Positions 28,919 through 39,523 of a stretch of 64,000 nt of DNA are shown here, one piece after another. Both the position numbers and the translations under genes were made by a program. This stretch comes from Nostoc sp. (GTDB lineage: Bacteria; Cyanobacteriota; Cyanobacteriia; Cyanobacteriales; Nostocaceae), in contig JBALDB010000011.1 of assembly GCA_036918135.1 (NCBI GenBank), positions 1 to 64,000 on the forward strand, given 5' to 3'. Every line of letters begins with the position of its first letter. The stretch's first letter is position 1. Below the pieces are notes generated by a model. That model did not search any database. It saw only the letters and a list, made by a program, of their open reading frames with translations, and had not been told where the DNA came from.

Positions 28919-30076
28919 TTAATGCATTCCTATTAGAAGAGTGACGAAGGTTTCATGATGCAATTTAGTTTCACTTCCATAATTCAATGGTGAAATTTCG
29001 CCATGAGTGTAAAAGCCACAACCTGGAATTGCTGTTGTTAAGCATTCTTGAGCAATCTGATACTCTTCTATGGTGCGTGTGCCTAGCAGTTGCCGACGTG
29101 CTGCACAAGAAAAAAATAAAGCTGCGTCTGGTTTTGTGCCTGGATAATTTTTTAAAGCATTTGTAATAGAGGTTTTTGCAGCGCTTAGAATTTCATCTCG
29201 GCTAGCTTGAGCTATTTGTACAAAAGCATTTCTAGGTATTTCTCCTAAAAAAGTGATACTGCCAGTTTGAACATCATAAACACTAGGCGCACGCATATAA
29301 AATTCTTCTGCTTCTGATTCAAATATTGCCAAAGGATACTCGCCAGAAGGAGGCAAACCACCTAAATAGTGATGATAAAAATCTAATGCTGGTTTACCAT
29401 TAATTTCATAGAGAATATTTTTATCTACTTTAGTAACTTGGCTTTTTTGCCCTAAAGGATGCCAACCACTAGCCACACCTTGAGAAAATAAAAAGTTTCC
29501 TGAAAAAATTAGAATAGGAACAGCATCAGTCAGCACTTCAGTTTGAAAGAATTGATATGTTTTTTGGAATTTCCATTGATCCGCAGTCAGCCCACCAAAA
29601 ATAGGAATATTATTTCCTAATGCTAGTTTTAAGCCCTTTACAATTAATACTCCATCAACAGTTAAACTTTCAGGTACAGTCAAGCACAATTGAGATAAAT
29701 GTTGGTTTTTTATTTTTAATTTTGCTTGTTCAACTGCTTGTTTAGTTGCTGAATTTGGGTCTTTTGATAATTCTCTACCCAAGCCTGCATAAATTTCTAT
29801 TTCATCAGAATTAAATAGCATTAAAGCTATTGAGTCTTGCTGAAATTCTAGCACTGAAGAAATTTCTGCATCGGTTGTGCCACCAATTAATTCAATTCCT
29901 GGGAATGCCTGCACAATTTCTTGCAAAATGAGTGTATAATCAAAATCAATTGCTGCAAACAAAATCCCAGCTTGAGGAAGTTTCTCTCCTAAGCTGTTGT
30001 GGCATTGTTCTATAACTTCAGTAATTGCTGATAAAGAATCTGGGTCGTTACTATGGCCAACTACTACATTTAACAT
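28919..30076 (-). CDS. FIST-N/FIST-C domain protein (NosP-like sensor)
   Basis: LIGGTTDAEIS, FGGLTAD, SCAARR, GFYTHGEISP, HHET. Confidence 0.88.
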   Translation of the reverse strand: MLNVVVGHSNDPDSLSAITEVIEQCHNSLGEKLPQAGILFAAIDFDYTLILQEIVQAFPGIELIGGTTDAEISSVLEFQQDSIALMLFNSDEIEIYAGLGRELSKDPNSATKQAVEQAKLKIKNQHLSQLCLTVPESLTVDGVLIVKGLKLALGNNIPIFGGLTADQWKFQKTYQFFQTEVLTDAVPILIFSGNFLFSQGVASGWHPLGQKSQVTKVDKNILYEINGKPALDFYHHYLGGLPPSGEYPLAIFESEAEEFYMRAPSVYDVQTGSITFLGEIPRNAFVQIAQASRDEILSAAKTSITNALKNYPGTKPDAALFFSCAARRQLLGTRTIEEYQIAQECLTTAIPGCGFYTHGEISPLNYGSETKLHHETFVTLLIGMH

Positions 30077-30416
30077 ATTTATCCCATATCTTTTGGACTC
30101 TAGGCTTATTATTCCCAAAAACTAAACTGCTTTATTAAAAGCAACGATAAACTTTTTGTAAACAGGTAGGTGGGGTTCTGATTTTTCAAGGAATGTAGAA
30201 AAAGGAAGATGGTTTGTGACTCGATAGCAGGCGCAATCCAAAACTCATGCTAATGTGAAGGTAGTTCAAATGTAACTCTTCATGACTCCAAGCATAAGCA
30301 AACTGAAAAGTTACCACTGCAACCAGTGGTACACTACACTCATCAAGTTATACATATTTATGTTCTGTGGCTGTAAACGTCATGATGTTTGCTTAGTTAA
30401 TTACTTGATTATTTAA

Positions 30417-32789
30417 TTATGGATGATTTTCCTTTACCTGAGAATTACTAATAGAAAATCCTCGACGCGTAGGTTTAATACTAGCTAACTCCACCTGAAA
30501 AGTTACCTTATCTCTCATTTCCCCACTTCTTGCTTCCAAAGTCCAATTACCAGGATACAAATTCCAAAACAAAGAATTAGCCGAGTTTGTATTTAACTTT
30601 TCTCCATTCAACCACCATTCCACAAACGTAGATTGATTTCCTGCTAATTTAAATTCTAATTTTTGCTGTCCTGCTTCACCTGGATACAGTAAAAATAAGT
30701 CGCCATTATGGGGAGATAAAATTCTCAAATTATTAGAGATTAAATGCGCTCGCTGTTGTTTTGCTAACCACTCATCATACTCTGGCGGCAAATTAAATTG
30801 ATTTTCAGCTTCGTAATTATTTTTATCTTCTGGATAGAAATATTCTTGCACCACTGAGGTACAATCTGATGTTGGTCGTAATCCAGAAATTGCACAAACA
30901 GGTAGTTGGATTAAACCTGCTGGAGGCGAAAAAGCTGCTGGTTCTTGATGTTCGTGCAGATGTAACATAATTCGATTCCACAGAGGTGCTGCACCTGTAA
31001 CACCTGAAACCTGACGCATCGGTTCGCCATTAAAATTACCTACCCAAGTAGCGACGGTGTAATCTGTTGTAAAGCCAACTGTCCAAGTATCGCGAAAATT
31101 AGAAGAAGTGCCAGTTTTAACAGCAGCCGGGAAGGGTAAACTTAACACCGAGTCTACACCAAAAGCGGTAGCACGAGCATGATTGTCACTTAATATATTG
31201 GTGATTAATTGCCAAATTGTCTGGTTAGCCAGTGGTGAGTATGTAGAGACGCGATTAATCGCGTCTGTACGGATGCGATTCATCGTGTCTGTAGGCAGTG
31301 GGGAATTGGAAAATCTGGTTATTAGAGGGGTAGCATCTCCTTGACGTGCTATGGTTAGGTAGGCACGGGCTAGCTCCCACAGACTGACTTCGCCACTACC
31401 TAGAGTCAAACCTAAACCATAAAATTCTGGAGTTTGATTGAGGTGTTCAAACCCCAGTTCATGTAGACGTTGTAAAAAAGTTTCCACACCTACTTTTTCT
31501 AACACGCGCACTGCGGGTACATTTAGAGAATTTGCTAAAGCGATTCGTACCCGCACAGGGCCGAGAAATTTTTCAGTATAATCAGTTGGGCTATAAAGTT
31601 TTGCACCAGGAATGGCATAATGGGCGGGTACGTCTGCCAAGATAGTATTTGGGCGAATTAAATTTTTTTCTAAAGCGAGTTCATAGACAAAAGGCTTGAG
31701 GGTAGAACCTGGTTGACGTAGCGCCTGTACTCCATCATTGCGTCCGAGTTTGGCTTGATTAAAATAATCGGGTGAACCAACGTAAGCCAAAACTTCCCCA
31801 GTGTGGTTATCAATTACCAATGCAGCTGCATCGTGGACATTATTAGCAGCCAGAGAAGAAATTACTTGCTGTACCTGTGCTTCGACAAATTGCTGTAAAG
31901 GACGGTTTATAGTTGTGCGGATGGAAGAATTTTCTAGATGCGGGGTTTGTGGTGTTTGCGTTTTATCAAACTGATTTGCTAACCAAAATAAAAAGTGTGG
32001 TGCGGCGATAATTCCCTGTTGGCGAGATTGAAAGACAACTTTTTCGCTGGATGTTCGTGCTGCGTTCGCCTCACTGATATATCCTTCTTGTACCATACGG
32101 TTGAGGACATATTTTTGTCGTTGCTTAAGTCGTTCCCAATGTTCGTAAGGGTTAAAGTAAGTGGGATTATTAGGAATAGCAGCTAATAAACTAGCTTGGG
32201 CAAGATTTAAATCACTCGCTGGAATGGAAAAATAAGTCCGCGCCGCAGCTTCCACACCATATATATTCCCTCCCATTGGCAGCCGATTGATATATGCAGT
32301 GAGAATTTCATCTTTATTCATCCCCGCTACTAACCGCCAAGCTAGCCAAATTTCTTGCATTTTACCTGAGGGACTACGCAAGACAGGATTTAACATCCGC
32401 GCCAACTGCATAGTAATTGTAGAAGCACCAGAAACAATTTGTTTGGCGTGAATAGCTTCTTTAATAGCGCGGACAATTGCTTTCATATCCAACGCGCCAT
32501 GATGGTAAAAGCTACCATCTTCAGCAGCTAAAATTGCCTGGATAAACTGCGGCGAAACTTGATTTAGCCCAACTACTGATGTATGCTCTTGGTCGCGAGT
32601 CAGCAACGTACCTAATGGTAAATTATTGCGATCGCTAAATTCCATTGCCAATTGATTTTGGGCGATATCTGCGGCACGAATCGGGGCAAAATAAGGTAGT
32701 AGGCGCACCACCAGACAGATTAGCAGCACAGCCAGGATAATCTTACTGCTGTGGTTGATTTTGATTAGCGATCGTAAAATTCGTTTCAT
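30417..32789 (-). CDS. pbpC: Penicillin-binding protein 1C
   Basis: AAEDGSF and GASTITMQ (transglycosylase); GSTLKP, SLN, KTGT (transpeptidase); divergent from A2M. Confidence 0.92.
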   Translation of the reverse strand: MKRILRSLIKINHSSKIILAVLLICLVVRLLPYFAPIRAADIAQNQLAMEFSDRNNLPLGTLLTRDQEHTSVVGLNQVSPQFIQAILAAEDGSFYHHGALDMKAIVRAIKEAIHAKQIVSGASTITMQLARMLNPVLRSPSGKMQEIWLAWRLVAGMNKDEILTAYINRLPMGGNIYGVEAAARTYFSIPASDLNLAQASLLAAIPNNPTYFNPYEHWERLKQRQKYVLNRMVQEGYISEANAARTSSEKVVFQSRQQGIIAAPHFLFWLANQFDKTQTPQTPHLENSSIRTTINRPLQQFVEAQVQQVISSLAANNVHDAAALVIDNHTGEVLAYVGSPDYFNQAKLGRNDGVQALRQPGSTLKPFVYELALEKNLIRPNTILADVPAHYAIPGAKLYSPTDYTEKFLGPVRVRIALANSLNVPAVRVLEKVGVETFLQRLHELGFEHLNQTPEFYGLGLTLGSGEVSLWELARAYLTIARQGDATPLITRFSNSPLPTDTMNRIRTDAINRVSTYSPLANQTIWQLITNILSDNHARATAFGVDSVLSLPFPAAVKTGTSSNFRDTWTVGFTTDYTVATWVGNFNGEPMRQVSGVTGAAPLWNRIMLHLHEHQEPAAFSPPAGLIQLPVCAISGLRPTSDCTSVVQEYFYPEDKNNYEAENQFNLPPEYDEWLAKQQRAHLISNNLRILSPHNGDLFLLYPGEAGQQKLEFKLAGNQSTFVEWWLNGEKLNTNSANSLFWNLYPGNWTLEARSGEMRDKVTFQVELASIKPTRRGFSISNSQVKENHP

Positions 32790-33123
32790 CAGTAGTTAAG
32801 AAAACTTACCTTAATTCTGACGCACCCATTACATCTGTATCGGGAAATATGTCAAACACTTAATAATTAAGTTTTAATTAATTACCAGATAGAAATTAAT
32901 ATTTGCAAAATTTAAATACTTCTTAATAGTTAAGAATTGTAGTTATTTCTGGGAACAATCATACTGAATTAGTTATCTATATAAAGAAATATATAATTCT
33001 TTATCAACCCTAAAACTCTCCTCTGAATTACTCTCTGCGCCTCTGCGTCTCTGCGTGATTTTTTCAACCGTAGAAACAAGATAGACTCAGAGAAAAAACC
33101 AGAGATTATGAATTACTAAAAAT

Positions 33124-36100
33124 ATGATTATCAGAACTTTCATCCAGTGTCTTCTTCTCCTTACACTTTTACTAGGAATATCAGGGTGTAACTTTTTTGG
33201 TATCACCTCAACCAAAGAACAACTCCCAACAGTCTCCCCACTCACCCCACCAAAACTACCAGACTGGATTGAACAAATAAGTCCTATTGGAGATGCTAAA
33301 CCCCTCAACCAAATCCGTATCCGCTTTAAAGAAGCCTTAATTCCAGTTGAAAGTCTAGACAGTCCAGAACAGCAGAAATTATTAGAAAAATTTGCACTTT
33401 GGCCGCCTTTACCTGGGCAATTTCGCTTTTTAACACCGCGTATGGTGGGATTTCAAGCTGAGAAAGCATTACCAAAAGCCACACGATTACAAGTTACCTT
33501 GAAAGCAGGTTTAGCAGATTTAAGAAATCATCGATTAGATAAAGATTTAGCTTGGACATTCAATACTGAATCTATTAACTTAACTAATTTACCCGGCGTT
33601 AATCCCATCGAAAAAGCTGACGCTGAACCTATTGACTTACAACAAAAGTTACAATTTACTTCCAATGTAAAATTAGATTTAGCTTCTGTACAAGAACATT
33701 TACAATTAACTCCAGAAGGCAAAAATCAGGGTGTACGTTTCCAAGTCGAATTAAATAAAGAAGAAAAACCATCCAAAGATGAAGAACCTTTAGAAAAATT
33801 TGACCCTTCCGCACGCAATTGGATTTATAACCTTACTCCACAACAAAATCTCGAAAAAGCAACCCGTTATCGCTTAGTATTTTCTCCTGGAATACTTCCT
33901 GCTTATGGCAATTTAGCAACAAATAAAGAATTTGCCACTAAGGTAGCAACTTATTCGCCTTTAGCATTTAAGCAAATTAACTTTTACGGACAGCCAGATG
34001 CAGCTGGAACCTATGGAAGATTTATTAAAGGTAGTCCCCAATTAGAATTTAATAACGTCTTAGTAGCAGATTCTGCAAAAGAAAATATTACCATTAATCC
34101 AGCACCAAAAGCTATTGCCAGAATTCTGCAAGTAAACGATGAAGATAAAATTATCGGTATCAATCCTTATGCACTAGAACCAGCCAAGACTTATACAATT
34201 ACTATTAATGGAAATCTTAAAGATAAATTTGGACAGACTTTAGGTAAACCTATCACAATCAAATACGAGACTGGAGATGTAGCCGGAGATATTTGGATAC
34301 CATCTGATTTAAATATTTTCCCAGCAGGTAAAAACTTACAGTTAAATATTAGTACGGTAAATTTGCCAGAATCGAAATATAAAGCAGCTTATCGAGTAGT
34401 TAAACCAACAGATTTAGTTTATTTTAACTATAGTAATGATTTATTACCAAAACCTTCCGAGTGGCAAAGTTTCAAAGTATCGTCTAAGAAAAATCAATCA
34501 GTTGACGTTGCTGTTCCTTTGCGAGAAAAAATAAATGCTGCTACAGGAATGTTAGCTTATGGAGTGCAAGCCCGCACGAATAAATATCAGGACAATGGTA
34601 AGGAATTGTGGCGGGAACCTACGACTTATGGCATGGTTGAATTGACGAATTTGGGCATATTTACTCAGTGGTTTCCTGAGTCAGGCTTAATTCGTGTCAA
34701 TCATCTTACAGATGGTTCGTCAGTGAAAGCGGCTAGTATTGAAATTTATCAATCAAAATTACAAGCAAAATCGCGTCCTGAACCTGTACCATGTGCAACC
34801 GGAAAAACTGATAAAAATGGTACTTTTATAGTTAATCACGAACAATTACAGCAATGTAACTCAGAAAATCAAAGTTCTGTAAAATCACCACAAGTATTAG
34901 TAATTGCCCGTGAAAATCAAGATTGGGCATTTGCAAGAACCGAAGAATATAGCGGCGTTTATGGCTACGGGATTGATGCGGGTTGGCAAGATAATAAGCC
35001 AGAATCACGCGGGGTAATTTTCTCTGATAGACAGTTATATCAACCAGGTGAAAAAGCTTGGTTGACTGGTTTTGCCGATTATTTACAAAATGGTGTAATT
35101 CAGCAAGATAAAAATGCTGCTTATCAATTAACTCTCCTCAACACCGATGGACAAAAGACTAATTTAGGCACGCAAACTACAAATGAGTTTGGTACATTTT
35201 CTCTAGAATTACCCATCCCAAAAACTCAACATTTAGGCTATTATACAATCCAGGCAAAAGCGAAGAATGGGCAAGAAATTTCTGGTGAATTTCGAGTAGC
35301 TGAGTTTAAACCACCCAATTTTAAAGTTGAACTCAATTTAGATAAAGAATTCGCTTTGATTGATGAGAAAGTTGATATTAAAGCTAGCAGCAATTATTTA
35401 TTTGGCGCACCTGTAGAGGGTGGAGAAGCGAAATACTTTATCACTCGCCAACAAGCTAATTTTATTCCCAAAGGTTGGGAAGAATTTACTTTTGGTAGGC
35501 AATGGTTTTGGCCAGAAGAATCTCCAACTGTATCTAGTGATGTGTTGCAAACTAATGCCCAACTAGATGCTAATGGTAAAAGTAGTCAAACGGTAACTAT
35601 AGCGAAGGATTTACCATATCCTATGACTTACCAAGTAGATGTACAAGTTGCAGATGTTTCTAATTTATCTGTCGCCAATTCTCAAACTTTTACAGCTTTA
35701 CCAAGTAATCGCCTGATAGGCTTAAAAAGCAATTTTATCGCTGATGCTGGTAAAGCTTTTCCCATTGAAGCGATTGTTACTGACCCTACAGGAAAACCGA
35801 TAACAGGTCAACGACTGCGACTAGAATTACAACAGATAAAATACAGCAGCGTCACACAATTAGTTGAAGGTAGTCAAACGCCAAAAAATCAAGTTGAATA
35901 TAAAACAGTCCAACAAGCAGAAATTACATCTGCGAGTAGTCCGCAATCAGTAAATTTAACACCTCCCGAATCTGGTTCATACCGAATTAGAGCTAATTTT
36001 AGCGATGACAAAGGCGAAATCTGCGCCACAGATTTACAAATTTGGGCAACTGGAGAAAATCCAGTATTTTGGGGTTCGAGAGAAAAAGATGTTTTAGAAG

Positions 36101-38844
36101 TTAAGCTGGATAAAAAAGAGTTTAAACCTGGTGAAACTGCTACTGCATTAATTCAATCTCCCTATCAAGATGCAGAATTATACTTTGCTGTTATCAAAGA
36201 CAAACCTCTTTATCAGCAAATTACCAAAGTTCAGGGAAGCGCACCACAAATTAAATTCCAAGTTACGCCAGAAATGCTGCCAAATGCAGCCATCGAAGCT
36301 GTATTAGTCAGGCAAGGTAAACCGATTAACCAAGTAGAAGCAGGAAGTTTAGATAATTTGGTGAAAATTGGTTTTACGCCTTTTAAAGTTAACTTGGAAG
36401 ATAAGTATTTAAAACTACAAGTTAAGCCATTACAAGCATCATTAGAACCTGGTGCCCAGGAAACAGTACAACTAGAATTAAAGGACAATCAAGGAAATCC
36501 CGCCCAAGGACAATTTACAGTCATGGTGGTGAATGAAGCGGTGTTACAACTTTCTGGTTATCGTCCGCCGAATTTGGTAGATACAGTTTATGCAGAACAG
36601 CCGATTTCTACCCGTTTTAGCGATAATCGACCAGATGTCATCTTACAACCACAAGATGTGGCGAAACCCAAAGGTTGGGGTTATGGCGGTGGTTTTTCAA
36701 CAGGTGCAGCAAATACTCGCACTCGCACGGATTTTCAAGCCTTAGCTTACTATAACGGTTCTGTCCTTACCGATGCTAATGGTAATGCACAGGTAACCTT
36801 TAAATTACCGGATGACTTAACTACATGGCGAGTGATGGCTGTCGCCACGGATGGAAATCTGCGTTTTGGTAATGGCGATGCGACGTTTATCAGCACTAAA
36901 CCACTGTTAACTAATGCCATCTTGCCACAGTTTGCCCGTCCAGGCGATCGCATTCTCGCTGGTTTATCTGTCACCAACAACACTGGGAACACAGGAAATC
37001 TCTCAATTAATGGCGAACTTGGCGGTACGGTTAAATTCGCCGACAAAAACCCCACAACTGCTGCTTTACAAACCAAAGCTGAATCTGCAACTCACGCTTA
37101 TCGCTTTCCAATGGTGGCGGATAGCGTCGGAGTCGGGAAAGTTCGCTTTACCACTCAGCTAAATAATACAGCCGCGGATGCTTTTGAAGTACCTTTAGAA
37201 ATTAAGCCAATTGAAATTACCGAACAAGTTGTGGAAACTGGTGTAACTGCAAAACAAATAAAAATTCCCTTGAATGTTGATAAAAATACCTTCCCTGACG
37301 CAGGAGGTTTAGATATTCAATTGGCGAGTACTTTAATTCCCGAAATTAAAGCACCAGCAAAGCAGGTTTTAGAAGATAATGATTTACCTTTTGCAGAACC
37401 AGCGGCGAGTCAGTTAATAATTGCTGCTAATCTGCAAACTATTGCCCAAAAGTATGGTCAAATATTTGCAGATTTTAATCCCAGCCAACAAGCAAATCAA
37501 GCAATTGAACAATTACAAAAACTGCAAATCGCCGATGGTGGTTTCGCTGCTTTTCCAGGACAAGAAAAATCTGACCCTTGGGTTTCTGCATATACGGCTG
37601 AATCTCTGGTAAAAGCAAATCAGGCGTTTCCTAATTTAGTTGATTCTGCAATGCTGTCTCGTCTAAAAACTTATTTACAAAAAGTTCTAGCCAACCCCGG
37701 AGAATACGATTTTTGTAAACAACTACTATGTAAAAGACAACTGCAACTGAATGCTTTAATTGCTTTTGCAGAATTAGGTGAAAAACGCAATACCTTCCTG
37801 GGAGATATTTACGAACAGCACAATAATTTTGATTTAGTCACTCAAATTAAACTAGCGCGATATTTATCTCAATTTCCAGAATGGCAAGACGAATCTCAAC
37901 AATTAGCAAACAAACTGCAACAGAATATCTATGAAACTGGCCGCACAGCAGTTGTAAGTTTACCATCTAGTTGGGGATGGATGAGTTCGTCTACGGCAAC
38001 GCAGGCAGAAGCTTTACGTTTATTTATTGCCAAACAAACTAAACCCGAAGTCATAGATAAGTTATTCCAAAGTCTTCTGGCACTGCGACGGAATGGGACA
38101 TGGCAAACTAACTATAATAATGCCCAAGCATTAACAGCTTTGGTAGATTATAGCCAACTACAACCCACACCACCGAATTTTGTTGCCACAGTACAATTAG
38201 CTGGGAAAAAGTTAGGAGAAAATCGCTTTCAAGGCTACAAAAATCTTAGCTTACAGCTGAATGTACCGATGAATCAATTACCTCGTGGGCGTCACGATTT
38301 AACACTACAAAAATCAGGTAATGGCAGTTTACATTATCTGGTTGCTTATAATTATCGCTTGCAAGGAAATCAACCAGGCAGGTTTAATGGGTTACGCATA
38401 ACGCGAGAAGTTAGTCAAGTAAATGAAGAAAAAGTTTTACAAAAAACAGGGCTTTATGCTTTGGATAAACCCTTGACTTTAGCCCCTGGACAAGTGTTTG
38501 ATATTGGTTTAGAAATCATCGCCGATCGCCCCGTAGACCATATAGTAATTAAAGACCCGCTACCAGCAGGTTTTGAAGCGGTAGATGCGAGTTTTCAAAC
38601 TGCTACGGCTGCATTACAAGCAAAAGCCGATAGCTGGGAACTTGGGTTTAGGAATATTTATCGCGATCGCATTATCGCCTACGCCGACCATCTGGAACCA
38701 GGAGTTTATAGCCTGCATTATTTAGTCCGTTCTGTAACACCTGGGACATATTCTTGGCCTGGTGCCCAAGTTCACCTGCAATATGCACCAGAAGAATTTG
38801 GGCGTACTGCTGAGTCTACATTAATATTAGAGGAAAATAAGTAA
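33124..38844 (+). CDS. Bacterial alpha-2-macroglobulin family lipoprotein
   Basis: Lipobox ISGC, DRQLYQPGE, F.VAEFKPP, LPDDLTTWRVMA, DPLPAGFE; 1906 aa. Confidence 0.92.
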   Translation: MIIRTFIQCLLLLTLLLGISGCNFFGITSTKEQLPTVSPLTPPKLPDWIEQISPIGDAKPLNQIRIRFKEALIPVESLDSPEQQKLLEKFALWPPLPGQFRFLTPRMVGFQAEKALPKATRLQVTLKAGLADLRNHRLDKDLAWTFNTESINLTNLPGVNPIEKADAEPIDLQQKLQFTSNVKLDLASVQEHLQLTPEGKNQGVRFQVELNKEEKPSKDEEPLEKFDPSARNWIYNLTPQQNLEKATRYRLVFSPGILPAYGNLATNKEFATKVATYSPLAFKQINFYGQPDAAGTYGRFIKGSPQLEFNNVLVADSAKENITINPAPKAIARILQVNDEDKIIGINPYALEPAKTYTITINGNLKDKFGQTLGKPITIKYETGDVAGDIWIPSDLNIFPAGKNLQLNISTVNLPESKYKAAYRVVKPTDLVYFNYSNDLLPKPSEWQSFKVSSKKNQSVDVAVPLREKINAATGMLAYGVQARTNKYQDNGKELWREPTTYGMVELTNLGIFTQWFPESGLIRVNHLTDGSSVKAASIEIYQSKLQAKSRPEPVPCATGKTDKNGTFIVNHEQLQQCNSENQSSVKSPQVLVIARENQDWAFARTEEYSGVYGYGIDAGWQDNKPESRGVIFSDRQLYQPGEKAWLTGFADYLQNGVIQQDKNAAYQLTLLNTDGQKTNLGTQTTNEFGTFSLELPIPKTQHLGYYTIQAKAKNGQEISGEFRVAEFKPPNFKVELNLDKEFALIDEKVDIKASSNYLFGAPVEGGEAKYFITRQQANFIPKGWEEFTFGRQWFWPEESPTVSSDVLQTNAQLDANGKSSQTVTIAKDLPYPMTYQVDVQVADVSNLSVANSQTFTALPSNRLIGLKSNFIADAGKAFPIEAIVTDPTGKPITGQRLRLELQQIKYSSVTQLVEGSQTPKNQVEYKTVQQAEITSASSPQSVNLTPPESGSYRIRANFSDDKGEICATDLQIWATGENPVFWGSREKDVLEVKLDKKEFKPGETATALIQSPYQDAELYFAVIKDKPLYQQITKVQGSAPQIKFQVTPEMLPNAAIEAVLVRQGKPINQVEAGSLDNLVKIGFTPFKVNLEDKYLKLQVKPLQASLEPGAQETVQLELKDNQGNPAQGQFTVMVVNEAVLQLSGYRPPNLVDTVYAEQPISTRFSDNRPDVILQPQDVAKPKGWGYGGGFSTGAANTRTRTDFQALAYYNGSVLTDANGNAQVTFKLPDDLTTWRVMAVATDGNLRFGNGDATFISTKPLLTNAILPQFARPGDRILAGLSVTNNTGNTGNLSINGELGGTVKFADKNPTTAALQTKAESATHAYRFPMVADSVGVGKVRFTTQLNNTAADAFEVPLEIKPIEITEQVVETGVTAKQIKIPLNVDKNTFPDAGGLDIQLASTLIPEIKAPAKQVLEDNDLPFAEPAASQLIIAANLQTIAQKYGQIFADFNPSQQANQAIEQLQKLQIADGGFAAFPGQEKSDPWVSAYTAESLVKANQAFPNLVDSAMLSRLKTYLQKVLANPGEYDFCKQLLCKRQLQLNALIAFAELGEKRNTFLGDIYEQHNNFDLVTQIKLARYLSQFPEWQDESQQLANKLQQNIYETGRTAVVSLPSSWGWMSSSTATQAEALRLFIAKQTKPEVIDKLFQSLLALRRNGTWQTNYNNAQALTALVDYSQLQPTPPNFVATVQLAGKKLGENRFQGYKNLSLQLNVPMNQLPRGRHDLTLQKSGNGSLHYLVAYNYRLQGNQPGRFNGLRITREVSQVNEEKVLQKTGLYALDKPLTLAPGQVFDIGLEIIADRPVDHIVIKDPLPAGFEAVDASFQTATAALQAKADSWELGFRNIYRDRIIAYADHLEPGVYSLHYLVRSVTPGTYSWPGAQVHLQYAPEEFGRTAESTLILEENK

Positions 38845-38904
38845 TAATTGTCGCGATCGCAATTGTTGTTGAATTCAGCAAACCTTATTTTTAATTGTGG
38901 AAAA

Positions 38905-39273
38905 ATGAGTCAGATTCACCAGTTGCATAAACAAGCAATGGATTTGGCCGAAGCAGCTTTCACTGTTAAACTCAGAGGTAACCTAGAGCAAGCCAATCAG
39001 CTATCTCAACAAGCCTTTGAGAAAGAATCTCAAGCAGCTGGACTGATTGCTAATCAACTTGATGCCGAACCGACTCGTTCAGTTTTACATCGCAGTGCTG
39101 CAACTCTGGCAATTGACTGTGGTGAATTTCAAGCAGCAGAACGTTTGATTGCGATCGCATTATCAGGAAATCCACCTCAAGAAATTGCTGAAGAATTAAA
39201 AGATTTATTCATTAAAATAAATTTACACCCATATTTAGAACGTCACGGCTTACTTTTAATGAAAAAAAGTTGA
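38905..39273 (+). CDS. Hypothetical helical protein
   Basis: ATG at 38905; EPTRSVLHRSAATLA; function not recognised. Confidence 0.65.
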   Translation: MSQIHQLHKQAMDLAEAAFTVKLRGNLEQANQLSQQAFEKESQAAGLIANQLDAEPTRSVLHRSAATLAIDCGEFQAAERLIAIALSGNPPQEIAEELKDLFIKINLHPYLERHGLLLMKKS

Positions 39274-39424
39274 TGAATCTGACGGTACGATAAACTGTCA
39301 CCCCACCACCAATAAAAACAGTAAGTATACATCCGGATTTCATATGATTGGAGTAAAGCCGCCAAATTTGTTGTAGAAATCGATTTTTTACTAAATGAAA
39401 AAGCTAGTGCCAGCAAGAGATAAA

Positions 39425-39517
39425 TATAGCTGTAGTCACACCCGTTAGGACAAAATGACAAGTGTGAATGCTAGGAATAGTAATAGTTTTACCTCCTGCC
39501 CCCTGCCTCCTGCTATA
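39425..39517 (-). mobile_element. MITE-like element, copy 3 (inverted)
   Basis: Reverse complement of the 9320/12248 core with TATAGC/GCTATA ends and a shorter 7-mer tract. Confidence 0.75.
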
Positions 39518-39523
39518 TATCAA

